Assembly: GCA_013151235.1 (NCBI GenBank)
Contig: JAADIO010000008.1
Coordinates: 1 to 64,000, forward strand
Direction: 5' to 3'
DNA from: Deltaproteobacteria bacterium
GTDB lineage: Bacteria > CG2-30-53-67
Length of the DNA stretch: 64,000 nucleotides
Below, piece after piece: positions 32,954-42,200 of the stretch. The notes under the pieces are model-generated. The model was given only the letters and a program-made list of their open reading frames with translations. It had not been told where the DNA came from and ran no database searches. Numbering within the stretch: the first letter of the stretch is position 1; every line of letters starts with the position of its first letter. The position numbers were made by a program, and so were the translations under genes.

Positions 32954-33583
32954 TCACGGAAGTGCCATGAACTCCTCAAAGCTCCGGCAGGTCATCGCGG
33001 CATTCCCCTTTTTTTCTTTACCAATGGTGGAAGAAGGCCGTTCCCCGTAATCATGTCCCGGCCAGACCTCCACGGCATCATCGAGCAGCATCAGTTTTCC
33101 CTGAATGCTGTCGTAGAGGGCCTTTCCATCCCCGCCGGGAAGATCCACCCGCCCGCAGTCCCCTACAAAGAGGGTATCTCCGGTAATCAGTTTTTCCCCG
33201 TCCAGCAGCAGACAGAGCCCCCCCGGCGTATGACCGGGGGTATGGAGAACCCGAACAGAAACATCGCCCACCTTCACGACATCATTCTCATCCACCGCAA
33301 GATCGACAGGAAGGCCCGCTTGCCGGAGCCCCTCCACTTCGGCACGGTGCGCCACCACCCGGGCGGAAGTCACATCGATCATCTTCCGACAACCGCAGAT
33401 ATGGTCCCCGTGGCCGTGGGAGATGAAGATGTACCCGATCCGGTATTCATCAGCTCTGGACAAGTCCAGGATCTTTTCCACCTCAAATCCGGGATCCACG
33501 ACCGCCGCAACCCGGCTCTTCTCACAACCGAAAAGATAGGCGAAATTCCGCATCTTTCCTACCGAAACCTGTTGAAAATACAA
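32954..33583 (-). CDS. MBL-fold metallo-hydrolase (glyoxalase II / ETHE1-like)
   Basis: [21 protein letters not shown] and PGHDY motifs. Confidence 0.93.
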   Translation of the reverse strand: MYFQQVSVGKMRNFAYLFGCEKSRVAAVVDPGFEVEKILDLSRADEYRIGYIFISHGHGDHICGCRKMIDVTSARVVAHRAEVEGLRQAGLPVDLAVDENDVVKVGDVSVRVLHTPGHTPGGLCLLLDGEKLITGDTLFVGDCGRVDLPGGDGKALYDSIQGKLMLLDDAVEVWPGHDYGERPSSTIGKEKKGNAAMTCRSFEEFMALP

Positions 33584-33684
33584 TAGTTATCCCTCCCTTG
33601 TTCGTCCATCCAAGAGTGATACAGTATTCTATCCAATCGTATCGGAATTCTTCACTTTTGAAAAGGGAGAGTCCTGGACTCAGG

Positions 33685-33929
33685 CTTTACTGAAGCCCCT
33701 ACATGATTTTGGACAGGTCCGTTTCGTCTTGCTCAATCAACAGATGAACATGGTTCGACAGGAGGACCTAAGCGTAGAATGTACACGAATAGCATCTCTG
33801 ATAGGTTATCAGGCGGTTCCGGTATTGCTGGTAATCTTCGGCATAAAGGAAGACCTCTTGACGCTGATTACCCCTAACAATAACATGATAGAAAACTCCC
33901 TGATATTGTACCTGAGGTTTTTCGGCTAT
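33685..33929 (-). pseudogene. Truncated Y1 (IS200/RAYT-like) HUH transposase remnant
   Basis: Manual translation KPQVQYQGVFYHVIVRGNQRQEVF...FYA*VLLSNHVHLLIEQ..DLSKIM*GLQ*, showing an HUH motif, in-frame stops and no ATG start. Confidence 0.85.
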
Positions 33930-33986
33930 TATAAACCAGTAACAGACTCATATGCAGGTATCAATATAAAAATAACAAAGTTCTAA

Positions 33987-34039
33987 GAGGCTCTGTGCGT
34001 GTCCGTACAGATTGGTCACCTGTTTACGAATAGGACCGC
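33987..34039. mobile_element. Second, more degenerate MITE-like copy
   Basis: Right end GTCACCTGTTTACGAATAGGACCGC matches 25527-25552; left end GAGGCTCTGTGCGT. Confidence 0.55.
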
Positions 34040-34102
34040 GAAGAATGTGGTGGAAGAAACGTAGCACCCCCCACTCTCACCCTATCCTATGGGCGTAGAG
34101 GA

Positions 34103-35113
34103 TTACCGATACCCCTGCAGAGTAAAGGCCCCAAAGACCACGGGCCGGGAACAGAGCACCACGAAAGAGCAGATCAACAGGATGGAGAGGAGAATCCATT
34201 TCTGTTCCGTCCCCTCAATCAACCCCTGGAGGGTTGCGATCTTCTTCATGGGATGAAAGAGGCCCGGCAGGATCCCGAAAAAGACCCCGCCAAAAAGAGT
34301 CAGGTAGATCGGGTAGCCGACAAAGTCATAACCTTGCTGCAGAATGTCGAAGGGGCAGTGGTGGGAGGGGAGTTCGTAGATATAGATCGATACGAAAGAG
34401 ACGATCGATGCGATGGCAACGAAAAAAGTGACCACGGAGAAGAGCGCGAGGAGTATCCGACTCGTTCCGGAGGACGATTTCAGACAGAGCAGGGCAACCC
34501 CCAGGTCGGCGAGAAGGGTCCCGTAGAAGAGGCGCATCATCGGCCGGGGCGGAAGGGCCGCCAGACCGGAGGCGATGGTAAATCCCCTTTCGCTGAAGAG
34601 GGAACCGCAGCAGGAGGTGATGACCTCCGGATGAAGTCCCGTAAAGTAACGGAGTTGGAAATAGAGGTCGAGACCGACGAGGGGCGTCAGGAACAAAAGA
34701 GCCGTATATTTCGGTCGAACCAGGGGGAAGTCTTCGGCCCGCTGGTCCAGGATGTTTCCGGTGATCCAGAAGGCGGAGGCGAAACCGAGGATGATCTTCA
34801 GAAAAAGGACATTCCATCCTGCAGGGTTGGCGTTGAGGGAACCCGTGGCACACATGGCACCGACGAATTGCGGATGAAGCCTATCGGCGGTATAGAGAAA
34901 AAGAAGGAGCGAGAGAATTTGAAAACCGAAGGTGTAGTTAACAATCGTCGAGACGAGGAAGGTCTTGCGTTCAAGCAGTAGTTGTCTTTCCGAACTGCTT
35001 GTGAAATCCCAGCCCCGAAGGATCTGAATGCCCGTTCCCGCGGCGTAGAGGAGCATGGCGAAGGTGATGACGGAGCCTGCAAGAAGGGCGAGGATGCCGG
35101 GATGGAGAATCAC
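34103..35113 (-). CDS. Polytopic membrane protein with Cys/His motifs (NosL-ABC cluster associated)
   Basis: Many hydrophobic helices; GAMCATG, ITSCCGS and SHHCPF motifs; start overlaps the ABC ATPase stop. Confidence 0.8.
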   Translation of the reverse strand: MILHPGILALLAGSVITFAMLLYAAGTGIQILRGWDFTSSSERQLLLERKTFLVSTIVNYTFGFQILSLLLFLYTADRLHPQFVGAMCATGSLNANPAGWNVLFLKIILGFASAFWITGNILDQRAEDFPLVRPKYTALLFLTPLVGLDLYFQLRYFTGLHPEVITSCCGSLFSERGFTIASGLAALPPRPMMRLFYGTLLADLGVALLCLKSSSGTSRILLALFSVVTFFVAIASIVSFVSIYIYELPSHHCPFDILQQGYDFVGYPIYLTLFGGVFFGILPGLFHPMKKIATLQGLIEGTEQKWILLSILLICSFVVLCSRPVVFGAFTLQGYR

Positions 35114-35808
35114 GACGGGAGGGCTCCTTCAATCCGTCCGTCCTGTATCTCGATGATCCGGTTGACGAAGGGATGGTCATAGAGAAAGGGGTCGTGGGTG
35201 GCCATTATGACCGTTTTACCTTCCCGGTGGAGGGAGGAGAGGATCTCCACGAGGTCCTCCGCCAGTTTTCGATCCAGATGGGCCGTCGGTTCGTCGGCGA
35301 TGAGAACTTCCGGATTGTTGATCAGCGCCCGGGCGATCGCGACCCGCTGTTGTTCTCCGCCGGAGAGTTGATGGACCTTCCGATGTCTTTTCCCGGTCAG
35401 CTCGAACCGGTCGAGGAGTGACTCCGCCCGTTCCCGGATCTCGGTGAAGGATCTCCTTCCCGGAAACAGGGGGAGGGTGACATTTTCCAGCACATCGGCC
35501 TTCCGAATCAGGTTGAACTGCTGGAAAATGAAACCGAAGGTCCTCCTGCGGATCTGCGTCAGGAAACGCTCCGGAAGTTTAGCCACATCCTTCCCGCGGA
35601 CGATCACCCTGCCGGAGGTTGGACGGGCCATGCAGCCGATGAGACTTAAAAGAGAGGTCTTGCCCGAGCCGCTCGGTCCCTTGAAAACCGTTGTCTCCCC
35701 CGGTGCAATATGGAGAGAGATCCCCTCCAGCGCCCGGATCTCATCAGGTTGGTGGGCATTGTAGATCTTCGTCACTCCTTCCGTTTGGATCAGATTCGTT
35801 TCCCTCAT
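35110..35808 (-). CDS. ABC transporter ATP-binding protein (LolD/MacB type)
   Basis: [33 protein letters not shown] and ADEPT motifs. Confidence 0.95.
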   Translation of the reverse strand: MRETNLIQTEGVTKIYNAHQPDEIRALEGISLHIAPGETTVFKGPSGSGKTSLLSLIGCMARPTSGRVIVRGKDVAKLPERFLTQIRRRTFGFIFQQFNLIRKADVLENVTLPLFPGRRSFTEIRERAESLLDRFELTGKRHRKVHQLSGGEQQRVAIARALINNPEVLIADEPTAHLDRKLAEDLVEILSSLHREGKTVIMATHDPFLYDHPFVNRIIEIQDGRIEGALPS

Positions 35809-35810
35809 GA

Positions 35811-36965
35811 TCAACTCCTCATTACCATTTCCGGGTCCGTTACCGCCGCCTTCCAGGAAGGGATCACCGTGCAGGCAATGTAGGGAGCAACCGTCAACAA
35901 TGCGATGACGAACACCTGGTAGAGATCGATATAAGGCGTCAACCGGAAGGTCGGGAAAAGGACCGACCACCCCTTAAGGACCGGGGTCAACAGAGGGGCG
36001 TTGAAGAAAAAGACATGGACGAAGGCGGCAGTCAGTCCCCCCAGCAAGGCCGTGAAGGAGATGACGATCCCCTCCCAAAACTTCAGTTCCAGGATGTCCG
36101 CCGTGTCCCATCCCACGGCCTTGAGAATCCCGATCTCATTCTTTTCCGCGCCGCTGATCCCCGTGGCCTTGTCCCAGGCGAGGATCGAAAAAGCGAAGAG
36201 GGCGGCGGAGAAGAGGGTGAGCATCATGCCGCTCCGCCAGTTGAAGACCGAGTCATAGGTCCGGAAGATCTCGTCTTTGGCAATGGGGCGGGTGCCCGGC
36301 AGCATCTTTCTGATCTTTGCGGCCACCGTGGAAATTTCTTCGGGATTGTAAACCTCGACAACAATGTCCGTCGCCCGGTTGGAGGGAAAGTCGAAGAATT
36401 TCTGAATGCCCTTCCGGGTCATCAGGACCAGATCGTTACTCAGCAGGTTGGAGGCGGCATCAAAAATGCCGACGATGCGGAATTTGACACTCTTGTTCCG
36501 GCTGTCGATGAGGACCAGTTGGTCCCCCAGGCCGGTGAACTGCGCCCGGGCGACCCCCCGGCCGATGGTACATTCCCCCTCTTCGGCAGGCATTTGCCCT
36601 TCCACCAATTTGAGTCCGGGAAGGCCCTCCCGGATCCCCATGAAGGTATAGTTCGATTGGGAGAGGGCGTCGAAGTAGTAGCCCCAGTATCGCGGATGGA
36701 CATCGCCGACACCGGGGATCTTGCGGATCAAATGGATATCGTCCGTCGAGATGAGGTCGTGCCTGCCTGCGAAGAGCTTCTGGACGATCAGGTTCGGCGC
36801 ATCGGAAAAAACCGCTTCGGCCTCTTGCTTCAATGCATGGGTGAGAAAAAGAATGGAGGCCAGGATCGAGATGGTCAAGGCATAGACGATCACGAGGGAG
36901 AGGTTCTTGTATTTTCTCCGCAGGAGGGAGGAAAGGGCGTATTCGAGGATCTTCAGACGTCGCAT
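35811..36965 (-). CDS. ABC transporter permease, FtsX/MacB/LolE family
   Basis: One N-terminal TM, a large periplasmic domain, EIGILKAVGW motif and three C-terminal TMs. Confidence 0.9.
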   Translation of the reverse strand: MRRLKILEYALSSLLRRKYKNLSLVIVYALTISILASILFLTHALKQEAEAVFSDAPNLIVQKLFAGRHDLISTDDIHLIRKIPGVGDVHPRYWGYYFDALSQSNYTFMGIREGLPGLKLVEGQMPAEEGECTIGRGVARAQFTGLGDQLVLIDSRNKSVKFRIVGIFDAASNLLSNDLVLMTRKGIQKFFDFPSNRATDIVVEVYNPEEISTVAAKIRKMLPGTRPIAKDEIFRTYDSVFNWRSGMMLTLFSAALFAFSILAWDKATGISGAEKNEIGILKAVGWDTADILELKFWEGIVISFTALLGGLTAAFVHVFFFNAPLLTPVLKGWSVLFPTFRLTPYIDLYQVFVIALLTVAPYIACTVIPSWKAAVTDPEMVMRS

Positions 36966-36975
36966 GATATAGACT

Positions 36976-37290
36976 TTACCGCCGGATTTGCAAGGTGGTT
37001 GTTGAATCCGCCGGCCTCCCCGGTGCCAGGATCGAGCCGGCCGGAAAATGCTCGAAGGCGGAAGGGGAATCCTGAAAAGGGGTGAAGCAGTCCGCCTGCG
37101 AAGGATGCCGGGTATAACGGGCCTCCGTCCAGATCGCAAGGTCCGTCAGTTCAAGAGTTTTCACCAGTTCTCTCTTTGCCGGGATTACCCGTTCTTCCCG
37201 GGTCAGGCAGACGCGGGAAAAAAAGAATAACAGCCCCAGAACGAGGCACTCCACGATGGTGATGCCGAGAAAGATCTTGTGCTTCTTCAT
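36976..37290 (-). CDS. Small membrane-anchored hypothetical protein
   Basis: N-terminal TM; DLAIWTEARYTRHPSQAD; start overlaps the nosL stop (ATGA coupling). Confidence 0.72.
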   Translation of the reverse strand: MKKHKIFLGITIVECLVLGLLFFFSRVCLTREERVIPAKRELVKTLELTDLAIWTEARYTRHPSQADCFTPFQDSPSAFEHFPAGSILAPGRPADSTTTLQIRR

Positions 37291-37766
37291 TGCATCCCCG
37301 GGAGGTCTAAAAGGGTGACCTCGTGGAAGGAAAGGATCCGTTTCCCACGGTGGTCCTTCCTGAAGGTTTCAGCCTTTTCCTGGCCCAACACCGGCACCAG
37401 TTCCGGCCCCATGGGGCCCATCACGTCACTTCCGACGACAAACAAGGCCTTTTCGGCAGGAACGGTTTGGGTCGTATAGTAGTCGGTGACATAGACCTCA
37501 CGGATTTGATTCTTGTCCACATCATGGTCGTACTTCTTCGGTTCCAGGATATAACGGAAGAGGTCCTTGGGGCCGTCAAAGAAGCGGTGACGGCCGTCGG
37601 GAAGGACCACCTGTGCGAGCCATCGGTCATACTTCGCGACAAACATGCCGCAGACCGGACAATGATCCTTCGGACCCGGGTGGGCCGGGTCAGCATGGGC
37701 GATCCCCCCCGGAGTCATAAAGGTGAGAAAAAGGAAGAGCATTCGCAGGATGGTTGTTGTTTTCAT
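37287..37766 (-). CDS. nosL: NosL-family periplasmic metal (Cu) chaperone
   Basis: Signal peptide; CPVCGM, FFDGPKD, YVTDYYT and GSDVMGPMG motifs. Confidence 0.9.
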   Translation of the reverse strand: MKTTTILRMLFLFLTFMTPGGIAHADPAHPGPKDHCPVCGMFVAKYDRWLAQVVLPDGRHRFFDGPKDLFRYILEPKKYDHDVDKNQIREVYVTDYYTTQTVPAEKALFVVGSDVMGPMGPELVPVLGQEKAETFRKDHRGKRILSFHEVTLLDLPGMQ

Positions 37767-37939
37767 TCCGGTTTTCCCGCCGGGAAATATTATAAAAGGT
37801 CCGCCCCATTTCTGCTCGGGGCATTCAAGCACACGCCCTGTTCACCGTCAAACCAAAATCCTTACGAGCCGGAAGCTTTCAGCGTTTTGATTTGGCTTTT
37901 CAATTCCAAATTTTCAACTCTCATTCTTTCCCGGTCCTT

Positions 37940-39361
37940 TCAGAAGGTCCATTGCCACCCGGCGGTCAACTTCCAGTCGGTCTCCAACTGGGGTCCGTCG
38001 AGACGCTGGTAGAGGGGAAGTCCCCCTTCGAGGGTCAGACGGTGCCCCCGGTGACGGCCCCCGGAAGTATCGAAGGCCAACCCGAGGAGGAGGTCGAGAC
38101 GGGTCCCTCCCCGCCGCTCGGGATCGGCCGTAGGAGTCATGGCGGTCATCGTCGGGGAGAGGTCGGAGTCGGCGCCATCGATCTTCCCCCAGGATGTTCC
38201 GTCGAGCCGTACGGAGAGGCTGAATTTCCGATTCACCCTGCGGGTGAGCCAGCCGGTCAAGTCGATTCGGTTCCCCAGGGTATAGTCGTTGCTGTTTTCC
38301 CCCAGCCGGAAGGTGGCGATCCCCTGGGCGCCCCAGAACCAGGGGTTGCTTCTCCCAAGGTAGGTAATGCCGGGGAGGAGATCGAAGGTCCCCGATCCGA
38401 GTTGCATGGGGTAAGGCAGATGCTGGTTCTTCCCGGTGGGGGTATCATCCTTCCGGTCGATGGAGCCGGTGGGGAGACTGAGGCCAACCTTTGCGATCAG
38501 GTCGTGCGTGTCTTGATGGAAGAAGTGACAGAGGACGCTCACCTTCACGTCACCGACCCCTTCCGATTTTGTTGTAAACCTCTGCACATTCATCATCATC
38601 TTCCGCTCGTTGTCCATTTTGATGACAAGATAGGGGACCATAGCCATGAAGGTGAGGTCGGGGTCAGGGGCAACCATGGCACCGAGCATGTGCATCTCCA
38701 TGGTCATCTTCTCGGGGACGACCATAAATGTCTTGTGAACTTCATCTTTCCCTATCCGCTCGGTCCCGTCCCGGTTTCCCTCCATCTTCATCGTCATATA
38801 GCGGTAGGAGAGCATGATCCCGCCAGGATGGTGGGTATGTGCCCCCATGACCCCGATCGGCTCGAACCCGCCCGTGTGGGCGAAGCCCCCCGTAGCGGAG
38901 AGTTCCGCCAAGGTGGTCGGTGTGATCTCGTCAAAGGCGAGCAGGGCTGTTCCCCCCCGTTCGGCAAGAAAGGCCTTCGCCTCGCCCTTGGATCCGAAGG
39001 GAATCAGCTCTTCCCCCATCGGTCCGGAAACAGAGGATCCCAAAACGAACCAGGCCGATCGTGCATCAATCCAATCATGTGTTTTGTGGTCGGTCACGCG
39101 AATGACGGTGATGTCCGAGGATTTCCGCCCCTCGGCAGGAAGTTGAAAGATATAGGTAAAGAGGTCCCTGGGACCATCGAAAAAGAGACGGGAGCCTTCG
39201 GAGAATGTGAGCGAGCTGACCCAGCCGGGATAGGGGGCAACATACATCCCGCAGACGGGACAGCGTACTTTCGGCCCCGGCTGCAGAGGGTCGGCCACGG
39301 CGGAGGAAGTTACAAAAACAAGACAGAAAAACAGAGGAAGGATGCAATATTTTTCTTCCAT
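37940..39361 (-). CDS. NosL domain fused to a Met/His-rich outer-membrane beta-barrel
   Basis: Signal peptide and NosL motifs (CPVCGM, FFDGPRD, GPMG), then PIGVMGAHTHH, MTMEMHMLGAM, LSLPTG, PYPMQLGSGT and a C-terminal WQWTF beta-signal. Confidence 0.85.
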   Translation of the reverse strand: MEEKYCILPLFFCLVFVTSSAVADPLQPGPKVRCPVCGMYVAPYPGWVSSLTFSEGSRLFFDGPRDLFTYIFQLPAEGRKSSDITVIRVTDHKTHDWIDARSAWFVLGSSVSGPMGEELIPFGSKGEAKAFLAERGGTALLAFDEITPTTLAELSATGGFAHTGGFEPIGVMGAHTHHPGGIMLSYRYMTMKMEGNRDGTERIGKDEVHKTFMVVPEKMTMEMHMLGAMVAPDPDLTFMAMVPYLVIKMDNERKMMMNVQRFTTKSEGVGDVKVSVLCHFFHQDTHDLIAKVGLSLPTGSIDRKDDTPTGKNQHLPYPMQLGSGTFDLLPGITYLGRSNPWFWGAQGIATFRLGENSNDYTLGNRIDLTGWLTRRVNRKFSLSVRLDGTSWGKIDGADSDLSPTMTAMTPTADPERRGGTRLDLLLGLAFDTSGGRHRGHRLTLEGGLPLYQRLDGPQLETDWKLTAGWQWTF

Positions 39362-39449
39362 AAATTTCACCTCCTGATCTTGTATTAACGTTCTGGAGTA
39401 TGTACGGATTAATGGAATCCAGAATAACACAAGGTCGTGATCCGGGAAT

Positions 39450-39464
39450 GCGGCAAATTGTCGC
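39450..39464. promoter_or_regulatory. RegA/RegR/PrrA binding box
   Basis: GCGGC-AAATT-GTCGC matches the RegR box GCGGC-N5-GTCGC; ~90 bp upstream of the NosL-barrel gene and next to regBA. Confidence 0.8.
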
Positions 39465-39713
39465 AAGAGGGAAAAATTGCTGAGGGGACGGTCGGTAATG
39501 ACTCGCCCGGCGAAGAGAACGAATTGAATCACTGTGCGACCTGTTCGCGTGAGGCCCCTGAATGCAATGATCCAGGATTCATGTTACATTTGTTTTATTG
39601 TTATGCTATTTTGCTCTTTAGCCATTGCCGAAATACGTTGATCCGGACTTCCAAGTACAGGCCCTTGTTTTATTGAAAACGATTTACTCATTGCCTTCAC
39701 GCAGGAGGTCTTC

Positions 39714-41114
39714 ATGCAAAATGCCGCTTTTCACCCTGGAAGGCAGATGGCTACCGCCCCGACTCAGATTGCATTCCGATGGCTGTTGCATTTGCGTTGG
39801 GGGGCGGTGGCTTGTCTGACCTTCCTGGTCTTGATCGTCCATCTCGCTTTTGCGATTGAGCTGCCCTGGGGCATCGTTGCCGCCATCATTCTTTTTGAAG
39901 CGGGGAGCAACATCTTCTTCCAATGGCTGGTGCATCGTGGGTCGACCATTCCGGGATGGCTCATCAACCCGGTCATCCTCCTCGATTTGGTTTTACTCAC
40001 TGTCCTCTTGGCTGACACCGGTGGTCCGATGAACCCCTTCACCTTTCTTTATCTCGTGTACATCGTGCTTGCCACGATCCTTATGAAATCGGCTTGGGCC
40101 TGGGGGATGAGCCTCTTCGCTATTTGTTGCTACGGCAGTTTTTTTCTGTTGTCGTCACTCAGTCCACTGCCCTTGCCTTTTCCTCAGTGGGAAACCCTCT
40201 CCGGCAGCCCTTTTCATCTGCCCATGGCCCACGGTTCACATCTTGAGCTTCCCATGGTCATGCACTTGCAGGGGATGTGGGTCGCCTTTGCGATCACCGC
40301 CGTTTTCATTGTCTTTTTTGTCGGCAAGATCCGCAAAACATTGGAGTATCATCAGGAAACCTTGATCTCTTTGCAGCAAGAGAAGATGCGGGGCGAGAAG
40401 CTGGCATCATTGGCGACGCTGGCCGCCGGCGCCGCCCACGAACTCTCCACACCTCTTTCCGTGATTGCTGTGGCCACCGGAGAAATGTTACACTCACTCA
40501 AACGGCAAGGGGAAAGTTCGGAACACATTGACGACACAATCCTGATCCGGGAGCAGGTGGAGCATTGTCGTAGGATCCTCAACCAGATGGCCACGGATGC
40601 CGGCCAGCCGATGGGAGAGAAACTGGAGGAGATCAGCATCAATGCATTGCTTGCCGAAGCCGTTGAGCCGTTTTCGGAACAAGGGCACCGCCTGATTCTG
40701 CTTGACTCCGCGGCCGGCAACCTTGTGTTTCGTATCCCTTGTCGAACCCTGGCACGAGTGATCAGAGGTCTTGTCAAGAACGGCCTCGACGCCTCAAAAC
40801 CGGATGGACAAATCCGGCTTTACTGCAACACGGACAGTCGATTTTTGTATATTATTGTTGAAGATCACGGAACCGGCATGGAAACGGAAACCCTCGACAA
40901 GGCGATCGATCCCTTCTTCACCACGAAAAGTCCGGGCAAGGATCTCGGTTTGGGGCTCTTTCTTGCCAAAACCGTTGCGGAACAATTCGGAGGATCTCTC
41001 CACCTTGATTCCGAGTTGGGAAAAGGCACCACGGCCACCCTCTCTTTCGCTCTTGAAAAAATCGCCATAAAACCGGCGAAAGCGAACGCTCTTCCCCCAG
41101 GAAAGGAATTGTAA
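39714..41114 (+). CDS. regB: RegB/PrrB/ActS-family sensor histidine kinase
   Basis: LRW motif, GGPMNPF (GGxxNPF), AAHELSTPL H-box, EHCRRIL redox Cys and GLGLGLF G-box. Confidence 0.92.
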   Translation: MQNAAFHPGRQMATAPTQIAFRWLLHLRWGAVACLTFLVLIVHLAFAIELPWGIVAAIILFEAGSNIFFQWLVHRGSTIPGWLINPVILLDLVLLTVLLADTGGPMNPFTFLYLVYIVLATILMKSAWAWGMSLFAICCYGSFFLLSSLSPLPLPFPQWETLSGSPFHLPMAHGSHLELPMVMHLQGMWVAFAITAVFIVFFVGKIRKTLEYHQETLISLQQEKMRGEKLASLATLAAGAAHELSTPLSVIAVATGEMLHSLKRQGESSEHIDDTILIREQVEHCRRILNQMATDAGQPMGEKLEEISINALLAEAVEPFSEQGHRLILLDSAAGNLVFRIPCRTLARVIRGLVKNGLDASKPDGQIRLYCNTDSRFLYIIVEDHGTGMETETLDKAIDPFFTTKSPGKDLGLGLFLAKTVAEQFGGSLHLDSELGKGTTATLSFALEKIAIKPAKANALPPGKEL

Positions 41115-41115
41115 A

Positions 41116-41652
41116 ATGGAGCATTCGATCTTGCTGGTCGACGACGAGGTCGTTTTTAGAAATCGTCTGACCCGTGCATTCAAAAGCAGGGGTTACACGG
41201 TCTTTTCTGCCGGCAATTACGATGAAGCCGTGAGCAAAATCCGCTTCCATCAGCCCGCCATGGCGGTGGTTGACCTCAGGATGCCAGGAAAAAACGGCAT
41301 CGAACTGATCAAAAAGACGCAGCAGATCCATCCGAACATGAAAATAGTGGTACTCACCGGGTATGGCAGTATCGCTACCGCCATTGAAGCAACCAAATTA
41401 GGGGCCGTCTGTTATCTCCCAAAGCCTGCGGATGTAGATGACATCATTAGTGCTTTTGCCAGAAACACTGATCTGCGTTTGCAGCTTGAAGAAAGCGATT
41501 TTTCTTCCCCGTCACTGGCCAGGTCGGAATGGGAGCACATCAACCGTGTCCTCCATGATTGCCAGGGGAACATTTCCGCTGCGGCCCGCAAACTCGGTGT
41601 ACATCGGCGCACCCTCCAGAGAAAGTTGCGCAAATATCCCCCCAAACAATAA
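41116..41652 (+). CDS. regA: RegA/PrrA/ActR-family response regulator
   Basis: LTGYGSIATA, EWEHINRVL and NISAAARKLGVHRRTLQRKL (Fis-type HTH). Confidence 0.95.
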   Translation: MEHSILLVDDEVVFRNRLTRAFKSRGYTVFSAGNYDEAVSKIRFHQPAMAVVDLRMPGKNGIELIKKTQQIHPNMKIVVLTGYGSIATAIEATKLGAVCYLPKPADVDDIISAFARNTDLRLQLEESDFSSPSLARSEWEHINRVLHDCQGNISAAARKLGVHRRTLQRKLRKYPPKQ

Positions 41653-42200
41653 TGATCCATCGACTTGCTCGGGTTCGTGCAGGGTTCCTCATGAGGGGAA
41701 CCTTGCAGAGAAACTCAGGGAAAGTCGGCCAGGCCTGGGTGCCGGGCCGCATCCGTCTCGGCGATTGGGGGCAAAAGCATCATCTGATATACATTTTTTC
41801 CATGTGGCGAATGATCTTTGCATTTGTTTTTCGTTTTTCCCAATACTCTCCTCTGTCACACCTGCCTGTGTGTAGCATCGACTGAACAGATGTTTGAACC
41901 CAGCTGGAAAATTGGGGGAAGTCCAGGAAAATTATTTGGTTGACTTTATTTTTTTGTAATAGTAATATGCAGTGTTTGGATTCGGCTGGAAAGGAAAGGT
42001 CGGATTCAGGGGTTTTAAACAATATTTTGCAGGGAGTTGGAATCCAAGGGCAAACCGTATCACCCCACCTCTGATTGAGCCTGCGTGTTTCTTGCGGATT
42101 CACCCGAAAACATCAACGATCAGGTAACGCCGTCAAAGGTTGTCGGCGTTTGGGCAATCTATATTGTCATGACATTGAGCAACATAAAGGATGCAGGAAG

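Noticed and set aside
33729-33986. 85-aa plus-strand ORF
   Set aside because: Antisense to the transposase pseudogene
34103-39361. Nitrous oxide reductase (nos) operon
   Set aside because: NosL domains are present, but there is no nosZ, nosD or nosR, and the ABC is FtsX/LolE-type rather than NosFY
42040-42070. c-di-GMP-I riboswitch suggested by GGGCAAACC
   Set aside because: The downstream GAAA tetraloop and GCAAAGC elements are missing
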